Shown: positions 18,682-27,737 of the stretch, one piece after another
Numbering within the stretch: the stretch's first letter is position 1
Layout: every line of letters starts with the position of its first letter
Source: Thermoprotei archaeon
Lineage (GTDB): Archaea > Thermoproteota > Thermoprotei > Gearchaeales > WAQG01
NCBI GenBank assembly: GCA_038881895.1
Contig: JAVZOV010000002.1
Coordinates: forward strand, 352,208-416,207
Length of the DNA stretch: 64,000 bases
Direction of reading: 5' to 3'
The notes under the pieces: model-generated
Database searches by the model: none
What the model saw: only the letters and a program-made list of their open reading frames with translations
What the model was told of the DNA's origin: nothing
Translations under genes and position numbers: made by a program

Positions 18682-19839
18682 ATGAAAAATATTCTGGTAC
18701 TAGGAGCTGGAGTTGGGGGATCCATAGTTGCGAACAATTTGGCATATAGGCTTTCAGATGATATTCGAAACAATAGGATAAAAATTACTGTCATAGATAA
18801 AGCTGATGTTCATTATTATCAACCAGGTTTTCTTTTCATCGCACTAAGTCTGATGACACCTAAAGAGATTATGAAACCAGTAAAAAGTGTTCTAACACCT
18901 AACGTAAACTTTATTAAGGATGAAATAAGTAAAATCGATTTAAATAATAGATCAGTCTTCACAGTGTCAGGCAAACAATTAAATTATGATTACTTAGTAA
19001 TATCAACAGGAGCGCGTCTAGACTTAGAATCGGTACCTGGCATTAAAGAAACTGATCACTTCTATTCTCTAGAAGCAGCATTAAAACTTAGAGATAAAAT
19101 ATCTAAATTTAAAAATGGAAATATAGTAGTGACAATAGGCGGATTACCTTATAAATGTCCTCCAGCACCATTAGAAATGACTTTTATGATAGATAGCTAC
19201 TTTAGAAAACTTGGAATAAGAGATAAAGTTAGCATTACTTATGCGTATCCATTACCAAGAGTATTCACAATACAGAATGTTGCCGAAACAGCGGGTGAAT
19301 TGTTAGAATCTAGAGGAGTAAAAACTTCATTAATGTTTAACGTAGAATCAATAGACCCAGAGAAAAAAGAAATAAAATCCATGGAAGGAGAAACATTGAA
19401 ATATGATCTTGCAATAGTTGTGCCACCTCATAAAGGTTCTGAAGTAATAGAGAAATCCGGAATTGGTGATGATGAGGGATGGATACAGACTGATAAATAC
19501 ACACTTAACATAAAAGGTTACGATGACGCATATGCAATAGGTGATGCAACAAATATTCCAACTTCCAAAGCTGGATCTGTAGCTGATTTTGAGGCATCAA
19601 CTGTTGCCGCTAGAATAGTAGATGATCTACAAGGTATAGAACCTAATAAAGTATATGATGGAAAAACTATATGCTTTATGGTAACCGGAATTGGTGAAGG
19701 AACTCTACTGGTATTTGATTATAATACAATGCCTAACCCACCCCCTCCATCATTTGCATGTTATTGGACAAAGTTAGCATATAACAAGCTTTATTGGAGT
19801 TTAACTGTTAAATCTATATTACCAGGCATGGGGTGGTAA
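18682..19839 (+). CDS. Sulfide:quinone oxidoreductase-like FAD-dependent oxidoreductase
   Basis: N-terminal dinucleotide fold ILVLGAGVGGS, conserved Cys context LPYKCPPAPLE, second Cys in ICFMVTG. ATG 18682 is preferred over GTG 18676. Confidence 0.6.
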   Translation: MKNILVLGAGVGGSIVANNLAYRLSDDIRNNRIKITVIDKADVHYYQPGFLFIALSLMTPKEIMKPVKSVLTPNVNFIKDEISKIDLNNRSVFTVSGKQLNYDYLVISTGARLDLESVPGIKETDHFYSLEAALKLRDKISKFKNGNIVVTIGGLPYKCPPAPLEMTFMIDSYFRKLGIRDKVSITYAYPLPRVFTIQNVAETAGELLESRGVKTSLMFNVESIDPEKKEIKSMEGETLKYDLAIVVPPHKGSEVIEKSGIGDDEGWIQTDKYTLNIKGYDDAYAIGDATNIPTSKAGSVADFEASTVAARIVDDLQGIEPNKVYDGKTICFMVTGIGEGTLLVFDYNTMPNPPPPSFACYWTKLAYNKLYWSLTVKSILPGMGW

Positions 19840-19843
19840 GACC

Positions 19844-20326
19844 ATGGCATCTCAACCTGAACATAATGATATAGAAAAACTAGCAGAGATTCTATCAAAA
19901 CAAGAGAACATAGAAGCCGTGACAAACCTCATTAACAGTTTACCAACAATACAATATACTATATCAAAACTGGAGGAATTAAAAAGAACAGGTTCACTAG
20001 ATGTAATATTTAACTTACTTTGCCTTACTGCACAACTCAGAAACTTACTAACTGATGAAATGATAGCAGGCGGAGCTGAAGCACTTTCTACAGCTTTAGA
20101 ATTATTATCGAAAGTAAAATCCCCAGCAATAGAAAAAATATTTTCAACATTAACAGATCATCCGAGCGAGCTTGAAGAGACAATTAAAAATGCACAGCCA
20201 GTCAAAGGAGTTTTAGGTTTAATGAAAGCACTTAGAGATCCTGATGTTCAACAAGGTCTCGGAGTCATAATAGCATTCTTAAAGTATTTCGGAAAATATG
20301 CAAAAGAAGAACTATCTGAAAAGTAA
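19844..20326 (+). CDS. DUF1641-like helical protein (usual partner of SQR-like or NADH-dehydrogenase-like enzymes)
   Basis: 160 aa, all-helical composition, 4 nt after the oxidoreductase stop. Family assignment is from memory of the typical gene pairing. Confidence 0.4.
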   Translation: MASQPEHNDIEKLAEILSKQENIEAVTNLINSLPTIQYTISKLEELKRTGSLDVIFNLLCLTAQLRNLLTDEMIAGGAEALSTALELLSKVKSPAIEKIFSTLTDHPSELEETIKNAQPVKGVLGLMKALRDPDVQQGLGVIIAFLKYFGKYAKEELSEK

Positions 20327-20380
20327 CATCAAACTTTTTTAGAAATAAATTTTATAATCCAGTTAAGACTTTTTAAGCAT

Positions 20381-20487
20381 GCCGGGGTCGCCTAGAGCAA
20401 AGCATCGTGCGGGCAGCTGGTAGGGCGCAGGCCTGGAGAGCCTGTGTCCGTTTAACGGACTCGCGGGTTCGAATCCCGCCCCCGGCG
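20381..20487 (+). tRNA. tRNA-Ser(GGA) with predicted 21-nt intron in the D-loop (20396..20416)
   Basis: Acceptor gccgggg/ccccggc, anticodon arm caggc-ctGGAga-gcctg, long variable arm gtccg-tttaa-cggac, T-arm gcggg-ttcgaat-cccgc, discriminator G. No encoded CCA. The D-loop is oversized unless the intron is removed. Confidence 0.85.
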
Positions 20488-20597
20488 CTTTATTATTTTA
20501 AATTCTCATACTAACAAAGAACATTAATAAAAAGGAGATAAAATTTCGCTTGAGAACATGCTCTAAAGAGATTAAGATCTTGGAACAATTTAAAAGG

Positions 20598-22052
20598 TTA
20601 TTTTTCACTCTCTGGTTCAATATGAATTGTGACTTTTATATTATTACCAATGGCATCAATAAAATAATTTTCTAATCTAGTGACCAAGTCATGAGCCTCC
20701 TCAACACTAATGTTTTTATTGATTACGCATGTAATGTCCATAAAGCGTTTCGAGCCAACTACAGAGTATGTGGCGGATTTTAATTTAATTTTAGATGATA
20801 TTTCTGGATGGCTGTAAAAGACCTCATAAAGTATATTGTGAGGCTCTTTTTTATGTATTTTATAGTACGGTTCAACGTGGACTATAACATTTCTAATATT
20901 ATCAATGTTATGCTTTATTGATTCTTCTACTTTTGTAGCTATCTTATGAGATTCGCTTATATTCAAGTTAGGGTCCATTTCTATATGTAATCTCACATCA
21001 AATTTATTATTGTAATAGCTTACATTTACATCGTTAACATTTAAAACTCCGCTAATACTTCGTGTGTGTTCTATAATTTTTTTCTTTAATTGTTTATTAA
21101 TTATCGTTTCTTCTGTCCACGGTTCTACATGTATTATTATATCAATATTTAATTTATTGTATTTGCTTTTTATTGTCTTTTCTATTTTCTCAGTAATAGT
21201 GTGAGCAGCCTCAATATCTAAATCAGGAGGTGTTATGATAACCATATCAATAAAAACTCTACTCCCAGATTTGCGCGCTCTTAGATTTTTTATCTTAACA
21301 TCCTGTTCATTAATAATACCTTTAATATTTTCTATTAACTCTTTAGGACTCCTATCCATCAACTCATCGATTGCTCGTTTACTTAATGTATAACTTGCGC
21401 GAGAAAAATAAACAGATATTAATATTGCAGTAGCAGAATCCAAAAACACTAAGCTTCTCTCGTCAGGATGCATAAGTATAGCATACAAAATAATTATAAG
21501 TACAGTTCCTGAGCTAAATAAATCACTAAAATAATGTAATGCATCAGCTTCAAGAGCTTGACTTTCATATTTTTTAGCAACATTATATAAGGTTTTTGAT
21601 CTAGAATAATCTATAATAAGAGAAATAACCATAACCAATGCGGCAACCCCAGAAAACTCAACAGCAGCACCGCTGAAAATTCTTTGAAATCCCTCATAAA
21701 TCACCCAAAAACTTGTAATGATTAATAACAAAGCCTCAGCCAATCCACCAAGATTCTCAGCTTTTCCATGACCATACATATGCTCAATATCAGGTGGCTT
21801 AGAAGCAATACTTACAGCATAAAGTGTAATGACCGTTGATAGTAAGTCCAACGATGAATGAAGAGATTCAGCGAGAATACTTAAACTTCCCGTAAATAAA
21901 TAAGCTAAAACCTTAATACTAACAAGAAATAATGTAGCTAACAATGATACAAAAGCAACCTGCATCCGGGGATCTCTAATAATCATTGTTCCTATTAAGA
22001 TGAAGAAATGGATAGATTTAAGTTTTAAGACTTCGTATAAAAAACTTTTCAT
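20598..22052 (-). CDS. Cation diffusion facilitator (CDF) family metal transporter with three tandem C-terminal cytoplasmic domains
   Basis: TMD motifs SLSILAESLHSSLDLLST and HYFSDLFSS. Three repeats each end in a (I/V)HVEP-like motif (IHVEP / VHVEP / IHIEP). Confidence 0.75.
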   Translation of the reverse strand: MKSFLYEVLKLKSIHFFILIGTMIIRDPRMQVAFVSLLATLFLVSIKVLAYLFTGSLSILAESLHSSLDLLSTVITLYAVSIASKPPDIEHMYGHGKAENLGGLAEALLLIITSFWVIYEGFQRIFSGAAVEFSGVAALVMVISLIIDYSRSKTLYNVAKKYESQALEADALHYFSDLFSSGTVLIIILYAILMHPDERSLVFLDSATAILISVYFSRASYTLSKRAIDELMDRSPKELIENIKGIINEQDVKIKNLRARKSGSRVFIDMVIITPPDLDIEAAHTITEKIEKTIKSKYNKLNIDIIIHVEPWTEETIINKQLKKKIIEHTRSISGVLNVNDVNVSYYNNKFDVRLHIEMDPNLNISESHKIATKVEESIKHNIDNIRNVIVHVEPYYKIHKKEPHNILYEVFYSHPEISSKIKLKSATYSVVGSKRFMDITCVINKNISVEEAHDLVTRLENYFIDAIGNNIKVTIHIEPESEK

Positions 22053-22362
22053 GTGAATTATCTTAACTTAAAAATGTTTGTTGAATCACAATTCATGTCG
22101 AAAAAGAGTTTCTATTGACACCTCCCTAAAGTTGAGGAATTCTTGATTTTCCTGCTCTGCTTGAATGTGTTAATCACACCATCTTTGATGTGAAACCTCT
22201 TCAGATCCCTTGAATGACTTGCTGTAATATTCCTTAGATATACCTAATTTGAGCTTAATAATACACCCTAGACTGAAGTTCTAGGCTTTTTTGTTAAATT
22301 TTTCTTAAAATATTTTAGGAACTTCTACATCTCTACTCTTCCAGTTTCAGGAGGGTTCTGGA

Positions 22363-23517
22363 TTAAGTAGGAATGCATAGTGAATTGTTGCTTTTATTCC
22401 TACTTAACCCTTCCCTCTCGATTAATTCGTTGAGGGCTCTTTGGGAGAACCCAATTCCCCGCATCTGAAGGTTCAACACCGCTACAACATCCCTATCCAT
22501 CGTTAACCCGCATTCTTCGCATCTCATTATCCTGCCCAGATAGGAAGCCATGCTTCCAGAGCAGGCTGGGCAGGTTTTAGATGAGTTAGCTGGGTTAACG
22601 TATTTTACTGGTAGGTTAAGCCACTTCAGCTTATATTCAAGCATGAGTTGGAACATCCTCGCATTCCACTTTGAGAGCTTTCTGTTCATGTCTTTAGACT
22701 TGTTGAGGATTCGCCTCTTTACACCTTTCAGGTTTTCAAGTATTGCTCCGCAGTCCTTCTCCTTGAGCTCCCTCGCAACCTGCGTTGTTAGTTTGTGCAT
22801 GAAGTCCTTGGCTCTATTCTTCTCACGCTTAGAGTATTTCTCTAATAGTCTCTTTGATGTATTGGGCTTAATCTTAGATAACTTTTGTATCCTCTGTCTT
22901 TTAACCTCATAAACTCTATGAATGTGGTAGAGCTCTCTTAAGTCATAGCGCTTAACCTCACCACCTATGAACGCCGTCACATTCGTTAAGTTAACATCGA
23001 AGGAAGCCCATTTTTCTGCCTTTGGCTCAACCCTCTTCTTAACCGTTACTATAAGCTCACTTTCAGTCATAAGTAGTCCACCGACTTTATCAAAGTCTTT
23101 TGGAATCCACGAACACTTACTCAAGTCGACCCCAAGATACCGCTTATTAGGCTCTATGCTTACCCTCAGCATGCCGTTTCTGAAGCTGAAGAGCGTGCCC
23201 TTAATATATACTGTCCTCTTAGTTATCTTAGGAGGCTCCTTCGCTTTCCCCCTATTGTAGAGCGTTATCCAGCCCTTAACCAATCCGATAACGGAGTTCA
23301 TTGCTGAATCAACGTAGTGTTTGGAGTATCTCCACTCCCGTAGCAATTCATCCCTAAGCCTTTTCCTATCCTCAGCTTTCAAGTTAAGGTGAGCCTTCTT
23401 GGAAATTTTAACGTGCGAGAAGATTGCGTCTAAAGCCTTCTGCTTAACTTTGAAGTATTCCTCGATTAAATCCTTCGGAGCTTCTACTGGGATCCCGTAG
23501 CTCTTAACTGCTTCCAT
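22363..23517 (-). CDS. tnpB: TnpB (IS200/IS605-IS607 OrfB, RuvC-like RNA-guided nuclease family)
   Basis: 384 aa. RuvC candidates SFDVNLTN, ILENLKGVK and MDRDVVAVLNL; zinc finger CPACSG...CEECG. Confidence 0.9.
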   Translation of the reverse strand: MEAVKSYGIPVEAPKDLIEEYFKVKQKALDAIFSHVKISKKAHLNLKAEDRKRLRDELLREWRYSKHYVDSAMNSVIGLVKGWITLYNRGKAKEPPKITKRTVYIKGTLFSFRNGMLRVSIEPNKRYLGVDLSKCSWIPKDFDKVGGLLMTESELIVTVKKRVEPKAEKWASFDVNLTNVTAFIGGEVKRYDLRELYHIHRVYEVKRQRIQKLSKIKPNTSKRLLEKYSKREKNRAKDFMHKLTTQVARELKEKDCGAILENLKGVKRRILNKSKDMNRKLSKWNARMFQLMLEYKLKWLNLPVKYVNPANSSKTCPACSGSMASYLGRIMRCEECGLTMDRDVVAVLNLQMRGIGFSQRALNELIEREGLSRNKSNNSLCIPT

Positions 23518-23669
23518 AGCCTCTCAACTTCGCTCTTGGGATAGCGGAGCTTGCCAGTTGGGAGTTTAACTGCCCTAATAATGCCTTTCTTCTGCCACTT
23601 CCAAAGAGTTTTAACTGAGATGTTGAATATCTTTGCGACATCCTTTGGTCTAAGCAGTTCTTCTTTCAT
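23484..23669 (-). CDS. MerR/excisionase-type HTH protein (resembles the N-terminal DNA-binding domain of IS607 TnpA; no recombinase domain)
   Basis: MKEELLRPKDVAKIFNISVKTLWKWQKKGIIRAVKLPTGKLRYPKSEVERL. Overlaps the tnpB start by 34 nt. The track ORF extends upstream to 23729. Confidence 0.7.
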   Translation of the reverse strand: MKEELLRPKDVAKIFNISVKTLWKWQKKGIIRAVKLPTGKLRYPKSEVERLWKQLRATGSQ

Positions 23670-23856
23670 CAAAGAGTTAATAGAGTTAAACAAATATTTA
23701 AACCTATCTATTCCAAAACTGCTGACCACGGCATCTCTTTCGGTAATAACGCCCTGCTTTAACCATTTTAACTGATGAGAATCTTAGAAGCGTGAATGTT
23801 CTGATCTTAATCACAGAAAGTGTCATGATAGATATTTATTGTTAAAAATGGATTAT

Positions 23857-24660
23857 TTATAGGAACATGTAATTTCTGGATTCGTTAATTGTTTGACCTG
23901 AGTCTATTACGAATATCTGTCCTGTTATATTTTTAGCTTTTTCAGATGCTAAAAATACGACTAGTTCTGCAACCTCATCTGGGTTTAGCATCTTTTTAGT
24001 TAGAGTATGTTGTAATGCCCAGTTATCAGCAATCTTTTCCACATCATCCTTTCCTGCAAGTAATTCAATCAGGCTTAATCCCATTTTAGTTTTTACTAAT
24101 CCGGCTGCTACTACATTCACAGTAATACCATAGGGTGATAATTCAGCAGCAAGTGCTCTTGTTAAACCTATTAATCCAGCTTTTGCAGCGCTATAAGGTA
24201 TTAGAAGAGCCATTCCTATTATACCTGCTATGGAAGAGATGTTTATTATGCGCCCCCAACCTTTTTTAATCATAATCTCAGATGCGTATTTCGAACATAA
24301 GAACGCAGATTTTAAATTAGTATTAATTTGTTTATCCCATAATTTTTCATCAATATCATGAAGAGCTCTTGCTATGCCAACACCAGCATTATTGATTAGT
24401 ATATCTACCGTTCCAAAAGCTTTTACAGTTTCACCAATTAATTTCCTAGCACCAGAATCTGCCGATACATCGGCTTGAATGATAATCCCGTCTCCTCCTG
24501 CACTTCTTATGTTCTCTAATGTCTCATCAGCTTCGTTAATACCTTTCTTCACATTCACAACAACCTTGGCTCCCATCTTTGCTAATAAAATGGCAATGCT
24601 TCTTCCAATCCCCCTACCGCTTCCAGTAACTATTGCTACACGACCCTTCAAATCGTTCAT
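23857..24660 (-). CDS. SDR-family oxidoreductase (FabG-like)
   Basis: TGSGRGIG cofactor motif, YSAAKAG catalytic motif. Start ATG 24660 (MNDLKGRVAIVTG) is preferred over 24690. Confidence 0.8.
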   Translation of the reverse strand: MNDLKGRVAIVTGSGRGIGRSIAILLAKMGAKVVVNVKKGINEADETLENIRSAGGDGIIIQADVSADSGARKLIGETVKAFGTVDILINNAGVGIARALHDIDEKLWDKQINTNLKSAFLCSKYASEIMIKKGWGRIINISSIAGIIGMALLIPYSAAKAGLIGLTRALAAELSPYGITVNVVAAGLVKTKMGLSLIELLAGKDDVEKIADNWALQHTLTKKMLNPDEVAELVVFLASEKAKNITGQIFVIDSGQTINESRNYMFL

Positions 24661-24800
24661 GTCACAACACAATATTATTAATTCTTCCAAAATTTAAATC
24701 CGTTTATCATAATTATTTCATTAAAATTTGTTCCAGAGAAACGGTAAATAAGTTTGTTAAATTTATAAAGCATGTAAAATTTAATGTTATTAGACGCAAA

Positions 24801-25511
24801 ATGAGTAGTAAATTACTTTATATGTATGATAGTTATATAAAAGAGTTTGATGCGACAGTAACCTATGTTAATAATAACTCAATAGAATTGGATCAAACTG
24901 CGTTCTTTCCTACAAGTGGTGGTGTACAACATGATACTGGAATCTTGATATCACAGAATACGATTTATCAGGTTATAGATGTTGTAAAGGAGAATAACAG
25001 AGTATTTCATATAATTAATAAACCAGGATTAAAAATTAGTGATAAGGTTCACGGTGTAGTAGATTGGAATAGGAGGTACAAGTTAATGAGGATGCATACA
25101 GCAGCACATTTACTCAGTGCAGTATTTTATAATGACTTACATGCTTTAATAACGGGGAATCAATTAGATGTAGACAAATCAAGAATAGATTTCAGTGTAG
25201 AAACGTTTGATAGAGAATTGATCATGAAACTTGTTGAAAAAGCTAATCAATTGATAAAAAGTGATATTAAAGTTAAAATATACTTCATGAAAAGAGATGA
25301 CGCACTAAAAATACCTGATCTAGTTAAACTTGCCGAAGCTCATCCACCAGATATTGAGGAATTACGTATAGTAGAAATTGAGGGAATTGATAAACAAGCC
25401 GATGGGGGCCCTCATGTTTCATATCTTAATGAGATTGGTAATATAGTAGTGCTTAAGTTAGAAAACAAAGGTAAGACTAATAGAAGAATTTACTACACAG
25501 TTCAACCATAA
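24801..25511 (+). CDS. alaX: Alanyl-tRNA editing protein AlaX-type (tRNA synthetase second additional domain)
   Basis: Zinc motif MHTAAHLL (HxxxH) and a C-terminal GGPHV motif. ATG 24801 lies downstream of the TATA-like AAATTTATAAAG; the track ORF start 24633 overlaps the divergent SDR gene. Confidence 0.7.
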   Translation: MSSKLLYMYDSYIKEFDATVTYVNNNSIELDQTAFFPTSGGVQHDTGILISQNTIYQVIDVVKENNRVFHIINKPGLKISDKVHGVVDWNRRYKLMRMHTAAHLLSAVFYNDLHALITGNQLDVDKSRIDFSVETFDRELIMKLVEKANQLIKSDIKVKIYFMKRDDALKIPDLVKLAEAHPPDIEELRIVEIEGIDKQADGGPHVSYLNEIGNIVVLKLENKGKTNRRIYYTVQP

Positions 25512-25559
25512 AAATAATAACATAAAAATTAATTTGATTATGTGATTTATTAGATTAGT

Positions 25560-26558
25560 ATGAGAGATATAGTAGCATCGTTGGGTGAGCGAGGCATAAT
25601 AGAGTATGCATGGAGCATTTTCTCTAAACACCCTAAAGAATTAATGGGTCATAATGATGATGTTGTTGCGCTACGAATTAATAATAAATTTCTGGTGTTT
25701 CATACTGATGTTTTAGTTGAAAGTTGTGACGTTTTGCCAGGAATGACTCCATACCAGATTGGACGAAAATCTATAGTAATGAACATATCTGATTTAGCAT
25801 CAAAATCTGTAAAACCAGAAGGTATTTTAATTTCACTTGGGCTTCCGAAAACATATAAAAAACGTGATCTAGCAATGTTATTTAAAGGTATTGAAGAAGC
25901 ATCAAGAAAATATAACTCTTATATATTAGGCGGTGACACAAGTGAATCTTCAGAGCTTTTCATAGCAGTTTTTGTTTACGGAATAACAGATTTTGAACCA
26001 CCCAAAAGAAGTAATGCAAAACCAGGCGATATAGTAGCAGTTACTGGGTTATTTGGTCTTACTAGTATAGCCTATAAAATACTCTTAGAAAAGAACATGA
26101 AAGTCATGAAGAGTACAGCAAAGGAAGCATTACGATCAGTTTACTATCCTAATGCTAGATTAATGGAAGGATTAGCATTAAAAGGATTAGTCTCAGCAAG
26201 CATGGACGTTAGTGATGGCTTAGCTTTTTCCTTACACACAATAGCTGAAATGAGTAATGTAGGCATTAAAATAACTAACGTACCATTACATCCTTTAATT
26301 AAAAAATTTGCAAAGGATAATAAATTAGATCCGATAGACCTAATATTCTATAATGGAGGAGAAGAGTACGAGTTATTAGTCACAATTCCTCCAAATAAAT
26401 GGAATGATGCAGTAACTAATATAAAAAACATAGGTGGCACACTCATAGAAATAGGAAAAATAACACATGAAAAAAAAGTTACAGCTAAGATAGGAAAAAA
26501 ATACTATAAAATTGAAAAAAAAGGATGGAGTCACTTTAAAACATGGAATTATATATAG
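25560..26558 (+). CDS. thiL: Thiamine-monophosphate kinase (AIR-synthase-related family)
   Basis: HNDDVVAL, NISDLASK, GGDTSES, MDVSDGL and GGEEYELL match the ThiL/PurM-superfamily motif order. Confidence 0.6.
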   Translation: MRDIVASLGERGIIEYAWSIFSKHPKELMGHNDDVVALRINNKFLVFHTDVLVESCDVLPGMTPYQIGRKSIVMNISDLASKSVKPEGILISLGLPKTYKKRDLAMLFKGIEEASRKYNSYILGGDTSESSELFIAVFVYGITDFEPPKRSNAKPGDIVAVTGLFGLTSIAYKILLEKNMKVMKSTAKEALRSVYYPNARLMEGLALKGLVSASMDVSDGLAFSLHTIAEMSNVGIKITNVPLHPLIKKFAKDNKLDPIDLIFYNGGEEYELLVTIPPNKWNDAVTNIKNIGGTLIEIGKITHEKKVTAKIGKKYYKIEKKGWSHFKTWNYI

Positions 26559-26628
26559 GATCAAACTTCTTATAAATTGCATCATAATATTTATAATTGC
26601 TTTTAAAACCTACTATTTAGTGAGAAAT

Positions 26629-27723
26629 ATGATAAGAACCAAGATTATTGAACTTGTTAAAAAATATGATACAAACAATATTCATATAGGTACAATAGGA
26701 AGCCATTCTGCACTGGATATCATGGATGGTGCCAAAGATGAGGATTTAAAGACTATAGTGGTGTGCCAGAGAGGAAGAGAAAAACCATACCTAATGTTTA
26801 AGAGACTGTATGACGAAATAATAATCCTTGATAAATTCTCGGAAATAATTAATGAAGAAGTTCAAGAAAAACTAAGGAGATTAAACACAATATTTATACC
26901 CAACCGTGCATTCACAACGTATATTCCATATGATGATATTGAAAATAAGTTTATGATACCAATATTCGGTAACAGGGATATGTTAAAAACTGAAGAAAGA
27001 TGGGCACCAAAAAACCAATATTACCTTCTTGAAAAAGCTGGTATAAAACAACCCAAAAGATTTAAATCTCCAGATGAGATTGACCGGCTTGTAATAGTCA
27101 AAGTTCAGGAGGCTAAAAGAAAAACAGAGAGAGCATTTTTTACAGCGACTAATCTAGAGGATTACTGGAAAAAAGTCAGAGATAGGATAGAGAAAAAAAT
27201 TATAACAAAGGAAGACTTAAAAAACGCTGTTATAGAAGAATTTGTACTCGGTACATACTTTAACTTTAATTACTTTTATTCTTTAATAGATGACGAATTA
27301 GAATTTTTAGGTATTGATAGGAGACTACAAACAAATCTTTATGACTTCGTGAATTTACCAGCAAAGCAACAATTAGATATTGATATACCACTCCAAAACA
27401 TAGAAGTAGGACATATACCAGCAACAATAAGGGAATCGCTTCTAGAAAAAGTGTTTGATATAGGTCTAAGATTCGTTCAGACAACTAAAAAAGAGTATCC
27501 ACCAGGTATTATAGGACCCTTCGCGCTTCAAGGGGTTGTTACTGTCGATCTAGATATAGTGATATTTGATATATCACCTAGAGTGCCAGGCAGCCCTGTA
27601 CTAATCACAACATCACCATATAGCAAGTTCAAGCATGGATTCATCGTTGGAACTGGTCGGAGAATAGCTATGGAGATCAAAAAAGCTATAAACCTAAATA
27701 AAATCACGGATATTATAACATAA
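26629..27723 (+). CDS. purP: 5-formaminoimidazole-4-carboxamide ribonucleotide (FAICAR) synthetase PurP, copy 1
   Basis: ATP-grasp PurP-like: IGTIGSHSALDIMDGAKDEDLKT...IPNRAF...IFGNR. ATG 26629 lies about 30 nt after the TATA-like ATTTATAATT. Confidence 0.7.
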   Translation: MIRTKIIELVKKYDTNNIHIGTIGSHSALDIMDGAKDEDLKTIVVCQRGREKPYLMFKRLYDEIIILDKFSEIINEEVQEKLRRLNTIFIPNRAFTTYIPYDDIENKFMIPIFGNRDMLKTEERWAPKNQYYLLEKAGIKQPKRFKSPDEIDRLVIVKVQEAKRKTERAFFTATNLEDYWKKVRDRIEKKIITKEDLKNAVIEEFVLGTYFNFNYFYSLIDDELEFLGIDRRLQTNLYDFVNLPAKQQLDIDIPLQNIEVGHIPATIRESLLEKVFDIGLRFVQTTKKEYPPGIIGPFALQGVVTVDLDIVIFDISPRVPGSPVLITTSPYSKFKHGFIVGTGRRIAMEIKKAINLNKITDIIT

Positions 27724-27737
27724 ACGTGGTGACACGA

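Larger units (their letters stand above)
22118..23735 (-). mobile_element. IS607/IS1341-like element, copy 1 (HTH-only ORF + tnpB). Conserved core 22353-23732; possible RE extension down to about 22118.
   Basis: The core is highly similar by eye at nucleotide level to 44246-45634 and 54190-55579. Shared LE sequence ...GAAACTGCTGAC(A/C)ACGGC and shared RE-proximal GGGTTCTG. Confidence 0.85.

Noticed and set aside
22550-23775. Plus-strand ORFs inside the IS copies (22550..22912, 22967..23260, 23551..23775, and equivalents at 44596..45102 and 54537..55046)
   Set aside because: They are antisense to tnpB or the HTH gene. Their conservation is explained by conservation of the sense-strand genes.
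23770-23815. Possible C/D-box sRNA (cTGATGA ... CTGA)
   Set aside because: The spacing between the putative C and D boxes (22 nt, with no recognisable C'/D' pair) does not fit the archaeal C/D sRNA architecture. I found no other convincing C/D candidates in intergenic regions by eye.
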